NCBI GenBank assembly: GCA_965207065.1 | Contig: OZ242260.1 | Span: 1,088,001-1,152,000 of the forward strand | Source of the DNA: a bacterium | GTDB lineage: Bacteria > UBA8248 | Direction: 5' to 3' | DNA length: 64,000 bases | In this document: piece by piece, positions 51,796 through 61,551 of the stretch | Numbering within the stretch: position 1 is the first letter of the stretch | Layout of the letters: each line of letters begins with the position of its first letter | Notes under the pieces: generated by a model | Database searches by the model: none | What the model was told of the DNA's origin: nothing | What the model saw: the letters and a program-made list of their open reading frames with translations, nothing else | Position numbers and translations under genes: made by a program

Positions 51796-52129
51796 CGGGC
51801 TGGAATTGCCGAACGGAACACGACTTCGCCGCACTTACAAAACAAACGGGAAAGAGATAACTATCTACGGTGTTGTGTCCGGAGGATTCCTTTGCTTCTG
51901 GGATGAGCAATGCAAGACACCCACAGGAGCAACACGAGCAGCGAGAATAGCTGTCAGCTATATCCTTGATGAAAACCTCGATCGGTTTCGATGGGAAATC
52001 AATGTTGGTTCGGTTTATGAGAACCTGTTTGCACAAACCCCAAAGAGCAAAGAATGGAAAAGCTTGTCATCCCTTCGGTGGAAAGCGTATAAAGCGAGAA
52101 ATGCGGCCGCCAAAAATATGCATGAATAG
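51776..52129 (+). CDS. Hypothetical protein, RAMA-like DNA-binding domain
   Basis: GLELPNGTRLRRTYK..IYGVVSGG..KTPTGATRA pattern. Confidence 0.45.
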   Translation: MGSWRNNGLELPNGTRLRRTYKTNGKEITIYGVVSGGFLCFWDEQCKTPTGATRAARIAVSYILDENLDRFRWEINVGSVYENLFAQTPKSKEWKSLSSLRWKAYKARNAAAKNMHE

Positions 52130-52167
52130 GTAGTTGACAAAGAAATGAGTTCTAGTGGGAGAAATCA

Positions 52168-53082
52168 ATGGATGTGTATCGAAAAGAACCTCTCCCCGCC
52201 ATATACACTAAATTAGGATTCGTGCGTAAGTTTGCTACTTTCGGCTGGCTAGCGGATTGTCCCGAGGACCTTACGTGTCTTCGAGAACTGCAAAGCGTTG
52301 TTGCGGGTGATGCCTGCATTTCAAGTCTTGAATATGACTATATGTTGTTCGTAAAAGCTGTATTTCCTAACGACATTCAAGCGCGAGATGGCTCCTCCGA
52401 TGACGTTATCAAATGGGGTGTTTTCTACTGGAAACTATGGGACGCCGAAACATTGGTGAAAGATTCCCGGCCCGCTGAAGCTGTTAGCTATGAAGACGCA
52501 GGAATCAATTATGAATTCCTCGACTCGCTCGCACATCCCACATCTTGTCTACCCATGCTTCGTGAAACGCAAAAATTGTTCGAGTCCGACAACGGCAAGA
52601 ACAAGGGTTACGAATTAAAGCCAGAAAGGGTCTCCGCCATCAAGGAAATTGAACAACAGCTATTCGCTTCTTTCAAACTCCGTAAGATGAAGCAGGGCAT
52701 GACGAAACGGAAACCAACCACAACATCTAAATCGACCAAAACCTCTGGCAACCCGCAAGTCCCACCTAAACTTCGCAACGATATCCTGCGAAAAAACCAT
52801 TATCGTTGTATGCTCTGTGGTAATTCTGCATCAGACGGCGCGAAGCTGGAAGTAGATCACATCATTTCCCGAAACTTGATCAAGAAACTACATCTTGATT
52901 CCGCTCTACACACAGCTCCGGAAAACCTGTGTATCAAGTGCTTTAGTTGCAACCGAGGCAAAAGCGACAATCTGACGACTGAAGACAACGAATACTACCG
53001 TAACGAATTCTCGAACCCGGAGCATCCGAATCACGGCCTGTTGCCATATCTCAAAAAGATTTCTGAATTACAAGCATTATAG
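52168..53082 (+). CDS. HNH endonuclease with uncharacterised N-terminal domain
   Basis: LRNDILRKNHYRCMLCG, LEVDHII, NLCIKCFSCNRGKS. Confidence 0.88.
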   Translation: MDVYRKEPLPAIYTKLGFVRKFATFGWLADCPEDLTCLRELQSVVAGDACISSLEYDYMLFVKAVFPNDIQARDGSSDDVIKWGVFYWKLWDAETLVKDSRPAEAVSYEDAGINYEFLDSLAHPTSCLPMLRETQKLFESDNGKNKGYELKPERVSAIKEIEQQLFASFKLRKMKQGMTKRKPTTTSKSTKTSGNPQVPPKLRNDILRKNHYRCMLCGNSASDGAKLEVDHIISRNLIKKLHLDSALHTAPENLCIKCFSCNRGKSDNLTTEDNEYYRNEFSNPEHPNHGLLPYLKKISELQAL

Positions 53083-53332
53083 AGATAAGTACCGGAGTAG
53101 CGATTAGCACGAATTTAGTGGGATATCGCAAATTTTCCGACGACGGCAATATGATGAACATTCTCTCAAAGCGTATGCCACAATGATTGATGTTTAGTGG
53201 AACTTCAAAACAAAAAAATTCTGTCTTGTATCTATTCATCTATACCCTTGAAAAAATCCCTTACCCGTTCACTGGTTTCTACAACTGTCTGGTGAAGTCC
53301 TAAACTTGCTGGAAAAATAAAGGAACCATGCG

Positions 53333-54022
53333 ATGACACGAACCAGCGAGCAGATTCCTCAAAGCGAACACAACGAGGACAATAAACACCGTATTGATAG
53401 GGCTGATAGTTGGCTAAGGAAGAGTGAAGGAGCCAAGTACGATGAAGAGAAATTCATTTGCCTTTGGATCGCGTTCAACGCGGCCTACGGCGTTGAAGGG
53501 ACTGACGCGAATGAAGTTGAAACAGCGAAGTTCAAAGACTTTTTAAGGAAGATTCGAAAATACGACAAGCAGAACGATATAGGAGAAAGTTTCTTAGATT
53601 TAGATGAGAATTCAGAGAAAAAACCAATCCGGAACTTACTGACAAACCGACATGTATACAAACAGTTTTGGAAATGCGTACGAGACAAGCGAGAGGATAT
53701 CTGGAGCGAACATTTTGATCGAGAAAATAATTCTGCATCGCGCGCCTTGGATAGAAAATTGACGAGCAATAATGAGGTAGACAAAGTATTCAACATAGTT
53801 TTCGATCGTCTATATCAATTACGCAACCAAGTTTTCCATGGTGGCGTGACTTGCGACAAAAACGGATGGGGATGGATTCAACTTAAAGATGGGTGTCGCA
53901 TCATGGCTAAAATCGTTCCGGTGATCCTCAAGATCATGGCCGCAAATCCCGGGGCCGATTGGGGAAAAGTCGCTTACCCTCGGATCGGCAACAAACCATG
54001 GATCGGCGATAGTCCGTCATAG
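53333..54022 (+). CDS. HEPN-domain protein (Apea-like)
   Basis: FICLWIAFNAAYG and RxxxxH motif LRNQVFHGG. Confidence 0.8.
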   Translation: MTRTSEQIPQSEHNEDNKHRIDRADSWLRKSEGAKYDEEKFICLWIAFNAAYGVEGTDANEVETAKFKDFLRKIRKYDKQNDIGESFLDLDENSEKKPIRNLLTNRHVYKQFWKCVRDKREDIWSEHFDRENNSASRALDRKLTSNNEVDKVFNIVFDRLYQLRNQVFHGGVTCDKNGWGWIQLKDGCRIMAKIVPVILKIMAANPGADWGKVAYPRIGNKPWIGDSPS

Positions 54023-54064
54023 AAGCAGTTAGTTGTCTCGAAGGTGGGAACTTCCCATTACCGC

Positions 54065-54355
54065 CTAAATCAAATCGTCCACGGCGACGCCCAGCGCTTC
54101 GGCGATGGCGGCCAGCGTTCTCGTTGAGCTCGTGCGCCTGCCCGTCTCGATTTGGGAGAGGTAGACCGGGTGGATGCCGGCAGCGACCAGATCACCCTGC
54201 TTCATACCGCGATGATTACGGTACACGCGAACAGGGTTTTCACCGGCCAGGAGGCGATCCACCACATCGACGGGAAAGGACTCGCCCCCTTCCGCCTTGG
54301 CGCGATCGTAAAGCCCCTCATCGCTCATGAGCGCCTCGGCTTCCCCGTTCGACAT
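54065..54355 (-). CDS. XRE-family HTH protein (antitoxin-like)
   Basis: GENPVRVYRNHRGM, YLSQIETGRR, IAEALGV. Confidence 0.8.
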   Translation of the reverse strand: MSNGEAEALMSDEGLYDRAKAEGGESFPVDVVDRLLAGENPVRVYRNHRGMKQGDLVAAGIHPVYLSQIETGRRTSSTRTLAAIAEALGVAVDDLI

Positions 54356-54364
54356 GACGTTCTC

Positions 54365-54440
54365 CTATCCCTGGTACGCCTGCCCGCGCGAAACGATGTG
54401 CAGTACGTCGATGACGCAGACGCCGACCATCACCCGTCCG
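54365..54440 (-). pseudogene. C-terminal remnant of a RelE/ParE-type toxin
   Basis: VIDVLHIVSRGQAYQG* directly upstream of the XRE gene. Confidence 0.5.
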
Positions 54441-54557
54441 CGCGCGCCGGGCAAGCAGGGATGCTCTCGAATACGGGACGTTCACGAACGCCCCCTAAGG
54501 TGTGATGGAAAACGCAGGAGCCGCATCGGTGGTTGGTGAGAAACCCCTCTCCGCCTC

Positions 54558-54650
54558 ATCCTGAGTAGGGGAGAAGCCGCGTATCGAAGGGTGCCCTCTC
54601 ATCCCGGCGCGAGGCGTTCGACCTCCCTCGCCCTTCGATACAAACGCTCC
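54558..54650. repeat. REP-like palindromic repeat (partial)
   Basis: CTCATCCTGAG..GTATCGAAGGG..CCCTTCGATAC inverted arms. Confidence 0.5.
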
Positions 54651-54738
54651 TTTCTTGGGGTTGTTGAAAAAGCCCTTACGGATCGCGCCAAACCATTCTC
54701 CCCTTGCAGAGCCCCCCAAACAAACACTCCCCCCTCAG

Positions 54739-56103
54739 GGGTCTGTTGAAAAACCCCGTTCTTGAAGCGGGTGGTATGGCGGTTCACGCGGTGGCGGGGA
54801 GGGAGCCCAATCGGCGCGCGAGGGCGCGATGTGCGCGCAGACGGCGTCTCCGGGCGGCGCAGGCCGTCCAGAGGGCGAATAAACGCGCCGCAAGGGCGGC
54901 GGCGAGCCGCTTGAGGTTCACCGCAGTCGCCGTCAGGTAGGACTGGATACTCACGTTCTCCAGACCGCGGCGCATCGCCCGCCCCAGTACGTGCCAACTC
55001 TTCGCTTCCCCGTGATAACCCTCCGAGCGCCCCATGTGCCGGCGCCACAGCAGGCGCTCCTCCTCCCCCCACTGCGCATGCCGCCGGCGCGCGCGCAACA
55101 GCGCCAGATACGCGTTGGGAATCAAAACCTCCTTGCTCGACCGCGCCTGCGGCAGACAATCCGCCCGAAGCGCGCAGCCCGCGCAATCACGCGTCCTCGA
55201 ACCATAGTAGTGCCCCCGCTCCTCGCTCCGCCGGGGGCGCAGCGTCTTGCCGCGCGGACACTTCACCAAGTCGTGGCGCGCGTCGTAGCGGAACCGGCGC
55301 AACTGAACACGGCTCTGCGTGGGTTCTTGCTTCGCCGGGATGAGCGCGGACACGCCCCGACCCTCCAACGCCGCGTAGACCTTCGAGTACGCATACCCCG
55401 AATCCGCCGTCACCATCTCCGGCGCGCGGCCCGACAACTCGCTTACCGCCTCTATATGGGACGCCATCATCTCACGCTCGTTCAACGTCCCCTCCGTCAC
55501 CGCCACGTCGAGAACCACGCCCCGCTCATCGTCCACCACCGCGTGATGCGCCGCCAGACTATCCCAACTCACGTCCGCGCGTATCAGGGAAGCGTCCACG
55601 TGAACCACCTCCCCCTTCGCCACCTTTGCCTCCAGGCACGCCTGCACCGTCCGCCGGAATATAGCCCGGAACCGAGCCTCCCCCCAGCGCTGACGAATCC
55701 GCGTCAGGCTCGAATGGTCCGGCAACTCCTCGTGCAGCCCGTATCCGATGAACCACCGGACCGCCAGATGCGCCCGCGCTTCACGAAGCAGGCGACGGTC
55801 GTGAACGTAGCCCAGCAACAGGCCCGCAAGCATCAGGCGCAACGCCACCTCAGGGTCGATCCCCGGGCGACCGTTGTCCGCGCAATAGCAGTCCGCCACC
55901 TCCTCCCGAAGCCAACTCAAATCCAGTACCTGATGCACGCGGTACAGAACGTGATCCTCGGGGATCAGCCGATCCAGCGAGCCCGCCACGAACAAATCCA
56001 TCTGCTCGCGCCTCCTGCTGCCTATCATCGAGGGAACTCCCATCTCGGGCGAGTGGGTATCCAAATACCGAACCACAAAACCGGGGGGTTTTTCAACAGA
56101 CCC
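54739..56103 (-). mobile_element. IS1182-family element; transposase 54784..56028 with apparent internal in-frame deletion
   Basis: Perfect 19-bp TIR GGGTCTGTTGAAAAACCCC; GRPGIDP, LPDHSSLTRIRQRWG, HVDASLIRAD, TADSGY, NLKRL. Confidence 0.88.
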
Positions 56104-56433
56104 TCATAACCACGCCTTCTCCGAAAATGCGCCATGCTCGAGCAAAAAAACGGCGCGTTTTTTTCTTGACTATTATGATAATGAGATATAAAAAAACCAT
56201 AATATACATATAAAAGAGGCATGTATGGCATATAACATGGTAAAAATAACCTCAACCCCTCGCGCCGACTCCGCGATCGGCACCGTGCGGAACATGGAAT
56301 CGCCTGCTTCCGGCGCCCAACTCGTCCGGGGAAGCCGGATCGACAGCGGCAGTCCCGCCGGGAGAATCGCCGCCGAAGACGCGCGTCCGCCCGTTCCGTT
56401 GGCGGGCCTTCCGCGTCCTGCTAGACTAAGGCT

Positions 56434-56491
56434 AGACCCACAGACCCACAGACCCACAGACCCACAGACCCACAGACCCACAGACCCACAG
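56434..56491. repeat. 8-bp tandem repeat (AGACCCAC)x7
   Basis: Seven perfect copies, followed by two GAACCACATCTA repeats. Confidence 0.95.
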
Positions 56492-57028
56492 GCGGAACCG
56501 TCTCTCTGAACCACATCTAGACCCCCAAATACCAGAAGACAGGTTCGCAGAACCACATCTAAACCAAAAAAAACCCGTAGATATATCCAAAGATCCGCAT
56601 CCGGATCCCAAAAACCGCATACCAGGCGCGCTTAAGGGGCGGCCCTTCAAGGGGGTTGCTGAATACCCCCTCGCCCGGAATGACGATCAAAACCATACCC
56701 CCTCGGGACTTCCCGCAGGTCGCGGCCCCGGACGGGCGCGCCAGCCTCACGCGTACGCGGGGCGATGCCGTCCCGGTCCGTATCCATGCCCGTATTTCAT
56801 CCGCAAGCCGGCGAAGTCCGCCGTGGAAACCATGCAAGCGCAAGGGAGGAAGCGCACATGATAAATCGAGGAAGCTGTAACCATGCCTTTTTGTCTCCGC
56901 CCCGCGTTGCCCGCAAGCCGGGCGCCTGAGCGAAAGCAACGGGAGAACTCTACATCCTAACCCCTCGCACGGGATTCCACGTTCGGCGCCGTGCGGGACC
57001 TGTCCATTCGACCTGGAGGAATTCAGCA

Positions 57029-57493
57029 ATGACCGCAACGAAACGACACCAACCCATCGTCTTCGCTCTCGTATGCGCTCTCGTTCTCATCGGCGGAAGC
57101 CTGAAAGCTCACGCGGAGGATCTCTTTGGCTTTAACCCGAATGTCACGACCACCTACGGAATGGCCAATGTCACAGATGAAAAACATAAAGTGGTGATCA
57201 AATTCTCCCTCAGTGCGGTAAAGTACGGTGCAACGAATGAATTTGAACCTTGCGTGAAAATGGAACACAGGCTCAGAACATCAGGGTTTACAGAAGAGTC
57301 GTGTGACACGGTTGAATTTCAAGATAAGGGCCAAGGAAATTTCAGGGCAACCTGGAACTTTGATAAAGTGTCGCAGTATGGGACGATATGTAACACCGAC
57401 GTAAGTATGAAAATTAAGAAGACTCAAGGCGATGGGACAGTGAAGGAGAGTGACTATACAGACGCTGAAAATGTGGGTTGGGGTGCTTGCTAG
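57029..57493 (+). CDS. Small secreted hypothetical protein
   Basis: GGAGG RBS, signal peptide ending AHA, four Cys in the mature part. Confidence 0.75.
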   Translation: MTATKRHQPIVFALVCALVLIGGSLKAHAEDLFGFNPNVTTTYGMANVTDEKHKVVIKFSLSAVKYGATNEFEPCVKMEHRLRTSGFTEESCDTVEFQDKGQGNFRATWNFDKVSQYGTICNTDVSMKIKKTQGDGTVKESDYTDAENVGWGAC

Positions 57494-57972
57494 TCGCTTC
57501 CCGGATACATATTTTTCGTGAACATCGCAGACGGTTCACCAATAAAGTTGCATCAGCCGCAAAAAAAGATTTGGATCGACATCCAGGGTCGTGTCAGGGA
57601 TATCGAGTAAGCGGAAAGGGAAGTGTCGTCATCAACACCCGGTTGAAAACCCTGTTTCAAGAGCGGGCGGGCGCTTAGGTCCCCGGGCAGGCCCCCGCGC
57701 CTGCCCGGGGTCGCGCTACCAAAACACGATCGCTCTCTTCTCGCTCGTGTCAAACCCTTCTTCATCGGAGCTTTTTCAACAATCTCCTTGAGGGTCGGCT
57801 TCCCTCGGGGAAAGCCGACGATGAGGGCGAGCGGTTTATGCGAAGGCCGATTCGGTGGGGGGTGAATCGCGTTTTATCGCCACTCCGAGTTATACCCCCC
57901 ACCGAATCGCTTTCGGGCTTACGCCCTCATCTCTTCGTCGGTCTACCCGAGGAGGATAGACCGACCCCTCAA

Positions 57973-58129
57973 GGGGTTGTTGAAAAAGTCCTTCAAGTGG
58001 GGGGAGCCCGTATCGGATATGTTTATCCCCGTGGTTGCGCTTTGCAGTCACAGGGTCCAGGACAGGCACGGGGACCTGTCCCTACAAACCCTCTTGCAGG
58101 GGCCTCTACGGACTTTTTCTACAGACCCC
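57973..58129. mobile_element. MITE with IS1182-like ends
   Basis: GGGGTTGTTGAAAAAGTCC / GGACTTTTTCTACAGACCCC flanked by TCAA duplication. Confidence 0.65.
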
Positions 58130-58299
58130 TCAAGGGGGGAGTGAAATTCACCGCGCTCCTTTTGTGAAGTTTTTCAACAGACACATCCAGGTCGGACTTC
58201 TCCCACGCTGTCCGGCTCAACAATCATCCGGGTTTATCGGGCAGCGTTTCGGCCCTACAGCGCAGGATGAGTCGGGACTATTTCCGGCTTCAATTGAAC

Positions 58300-58767
58300 A
58301 ATGTCAAAGTGACGACAGGCACTGTGATCACGCATGAGCGAGGCGCTTGCGAAGCCATCCGCCTTGCGCCGCGCCATAAATTCCTACGCCAGGCGCAAGC
58401 CCTCGCCGAGTTCTCCCGGTTGAGATATTCGACCCGTCTCATCAAGAAACCGCACCAGTCGGACGACCCGGGACATGTAGTCCAGTGAACTTCGCTGACA
58501 CCTCTTGTAGTGACCGTAGCTCGTATGGACGCAACGGCAGTCATGGCATCGAAATCGACGCAACACGGCATCGTCCATCTCGCCAATCGCCGTGCCGTCG
58601 CTTTGAAGCCAGATCAAAAAGTGTCGCGACGCTCTCTGAACGCCGACGACTTGGTTTGGGGACAGGCCAGCCTCCTTCAGCCAGCTCGGATACTCTGGAA
58701 GGAACCCCCGGAAAGGGTCCCGGTCAGTCGCGAATCCCGTGCTTCGTCTTGCTGTCTTGGGTAACAT
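58300..58767 (-). pseudogene. N-terminal fragment of a RitA-like tyrosine recombinase
   Basis: RHFLIWL..DDAVLRRFRCHDCRC..VVRLVRFLDETG; in-frame stop at 58384; catalytic domain missing. Confidence 0.6.
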
Positions 58768-59012
58768 CTCCTCATCCTCTCGCTATGAAACAGCAAAAGG
58801 AGAACCATACAGTAATGGTAAGTGAATCCGGCCCTCTGGCCCACAATATCAGGGCCGGAACCGCTCTGACTCAACATAACTATTCACTTACCATTACTGA
58901 TGGAGGGAACATGACGGTGACCGGCTGTTCGCGCCGGAGCGCTTCTCTCTTCTTCCATCGCGTTTTCTCACGTTTTTTTATCACGTCCCTGCGCGCCGGA
59001 TCGCAAGTGTGA

Positions 59013-59047
59013 GCGTATTTGGAACAAATATGTAGGATTTGAGCCAC
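59013..59047 (+). promoter_or_regulatory. Candidate oriT (MOBF-type hairpin plus nic region)
   Basis: GCGTATTTG-GAA-CAAATATGT hairpin followed by AGGATTTGAGCCA, upstream of coupling protein and relaxase. Confidence 0.45.
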
Positions 59048-59463
59048 TAAAACCTGTTGTCAGCGACGTATTTTCGGGATATGTTCGCATTGATGTATGC
59101 GATCGAATCCCGCACAGGGACGACTCTGGACTATCAATCGAGACGAAACATTGAGGCCTTGCTCGCACGCCGTCCGGCATTGAGTTATCGGTCCCTGTCG
59201 TCGTCCTCCACGATATCGGGCCGGACGGACGCTTCCGATCTGATTCGGCGCCTTTGCCAGAGATCGGTTGGCCGAACGCGTCTTCGTCCTCACCGCAATG
59301 GATGTCGGAAGTGATTACAAGAGGAAAATCACGGGCATCACCATAAAAGCCGTGCTCTTTCCCGCTTCGCGCGCGCGGACGTGCTCTCCGGGAGGGAGAA
59401 CTTCCGGCGGGGCGGCGACCCCAGGCGCGCCATCATTCATCAAAATCTGAACGGGAGAATCGT

Positions 59464-61551
59464 ATGACCATCGGAAACGCCACCCTGCGCGGCGGCCAGA
59501 CCCTGCTCCACGACGCCAGGATGTGGGGCCAGCTCGCGCGTTGGGGGCTCCTGGGACTCGTCCTGAGCATCGTCCTGACCCCTGCGGTGAGCCTCTTCAC
59601 GACGACGAGCGCGCATGAATGGCGCGTCATTGGCCTGGGCACGCTGGCCGAGGCCAAGCTCGGCATCGGGTATTCTCCCGATTCGGGCCAGGCGTACGAG
59701 TGGCGCGCTGGTGAGTGGACCGTGGAGCGGATATCTCTCATCGCAAGCGATCCCAGGATCGAGCGGGTAAGGAGACGCATGCTCGATACCGTCCATGCCA
59801 GGGCCTGGCTGGGCCTCTGGCTCGGCCTGGGCGGCATCGTGCTCTTTGCACTCTTCTTCTGGCTGCTGGGCCGGCGCATGGCGAGGGCGCACAGGGTGCG
59901 GGGAGCGGAGATGACGACTGCGGGAGCGCTCGCGAGACGCGTTACGCCTCTCTTCTCCCGCCTGGCGGGAAGATTCTTCCCGGCCGCGCGCAAGTCCAAG
60001 CCCCGCATCGCGGGGGTCCCCTGGCCCGAGCGCGCCGAGACGCAGCACACCATCGTTTCGGGCACAACGGGTTCGGGGAAGACCGTCCTGATATCGGACC
60101 TGGTCGCGCAGATAAGGGAGCGGGGGGAGCGCTGCATCCTCTACGACAAGATGGGAAGCTACACGCGGGCGTTCTTCGACCCCGCCCGCGACGTGCTGAT
60201 GAATCCCCTCGACGCCCGTGCGCCGCGGTGGTCGCCTTTCCTGGAAGCCAGGACGCCCAGGGACTTCGACACAATGGCGGCCGCTCTCATCCCCCAGCAG
60301 AAGGACACGGTGGACCCCTTCTGGGTGACGGCCGCGCGGCAGCTGTTCGCGAACGGCGCGGGCGTCCTCTGGAAGCGCGGCGTGACGGAGAACAGCGTAC
60401 TCGTAAAACACCTGCTCAAGACAGAGCTGACCTCACTGGCCGAAGCCATGGAGGGCACGGTGGCGCAATCCATCGTGGACCCCGAGAACCCCAAGACCGC
60501 TCTCTCGGTGCGGGCGATGCTGACCGCGCACCTGGGCGCGCTCGAGTGCCTGCCCGACTCAGGCGCCCCCTTCTCGATCCGGGAGTGGGTGGAGCGCGAG
60601 GACGAATCCGGCTTCCTGTTCCTGACCTCGCGGGGGGATCAGCACGCGAGCCTGAGAGGCCTCATCTCGACATGGCTCGAGATCGCGGTGAACGCGCTCC
60701 TCTCCCTCGGCCGGGACGATGAGCGCCGTGTCTGGATTGTGCTCGACGAACTTCCCACTCTCCACCAGGTGCCGAGCCTGCAACCCGGCCTTGCAGAATC
60801 GCGCCAGTTTGGGGGGTGTTTCGTACTGGGGGTGCAAGTGATCTCGGCCTTGCGCGATTTGTATGGGCGAAACGGCGCTGAGACCGTGTCGGGTCTCTGC
60901 GGCACCCGGGTAGTGCTGGCCGCGCCCGACCAGGAGACGGCGCGATGGTCGGCCGAGAGTCTCGGCCGCGGCGAGGTCACCGAATACGCGGAGGGGCTCA
61001 GCTACGGGGCGAGCGCGATGAGAGACGGCGTGTCGCTCACCGAGCGCCGCGAGATGCGCCCCCTGGCGCTGCCGTCGGAGATCATGCGCCTGGAAAACCT
61101 CGACGGCTACCTCAAGTTCCCCGGTCCCTGGCCGGTGGCGCAAATCCGGCTCGACTACGTGAAAAGGCCCAGGGCCGCCGAGAGCTTCATACCGAGAGAG
61201 AATGTGCCGCTTCTCGAAGCAGGTGGAGCGAAAAGCGCTGAAACCGGACCCTCCGGGAAAACGCACGAGTCCGGGAGGGCGGCTAAACCCGGGGAGGCGA
61301 CGAATCAGTTGGAACTCGAATTGCCCGGCGATGCGACCGCAAACGCTGAGCCGGAAGCCGAGCCTGAACGACCCGCTCCGCCGCCGGACGCGGGCGTGGC
61401 AGGCCCCGATCAAGCCCCCGGAACATCCGGGGCGCCGCAACCCGCGGCCCACTCCGTAGAGGGGGATGACGCCGGTGCGGCCGGTAACGATGAGCGCAAG
61501 CGGGGCGAAGACGGCGAAGAGGCCGGGTCCCGCACGCCGGACTGGTTGTGA
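59464..61551 (+). CDS. Type IV coupling protein, TrwB/TraD family
   Basis: Two TM segments, Walker A GTTGSGKT, LDELPTL, ESRQFGG; acidic low-complexity tail. Confidence 0.92.
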   Translation: MTIGNATLRGGQTLLHDARMWGQLARWGLLGLVLSIVLTPAVSLFTTTSAHEWRVIGLGTLAEAKLGIGYSPDSGQAYEWRAGEWTVERISLIASDPRIERVRRRMLDTVHARAWLGLWLGLGGIVLFALFFWLLGRRMARAHRVRGAEMTTAGALARRVTPLFSRLAGRFFPAARKSKPRIAGVPWPERAETQHTIVSGTTGSGKTVLISDLVAQIRERGERCILYDKMGSYTRAFFDPARDVLMNPLDARAPRWSPFLEARTPRDFDTMAAALIPQQKDTVDPFWVTAARQLFANGAGVLWKRGVTENSVLVKHLLKTELTSLAEAMEGTVAQSIVDPENPKTALSVRAMLTAHLGALECLPDSGAPFSIREWVEREDESGFLFLTSRGDQHASLRGLISTWLEIAVNALLSLGRDDERRVWIVLDELPTLHQVPSLQPGLAESRQFGGCFVLGVQVISALRDLYGRNGAETVSGLCGTRVVLAAPDQETARWSAESLGRGEVTEYAEGLSYGASAMRDGVSLTERREMRPLALPSEIMRLENLDGYLKFPGPWPVAQIRLDYVKRPRAAESFIPRENVPLLEAGGAKSAETGPSGKTHESGRAAKPGEATNQLELELPGDATANAEPEAEPERPAPPPDAGVAGPDQAPGTSGAPQPAAHSVEGDDAGAAGNDERKRGEDGEEAGSRTPDWL

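Noticed and set aside
56434..56570. Possible CRISPR array
   Set aside because: Repeats are contiguous 8-mers without spacers, and there are no cas genes
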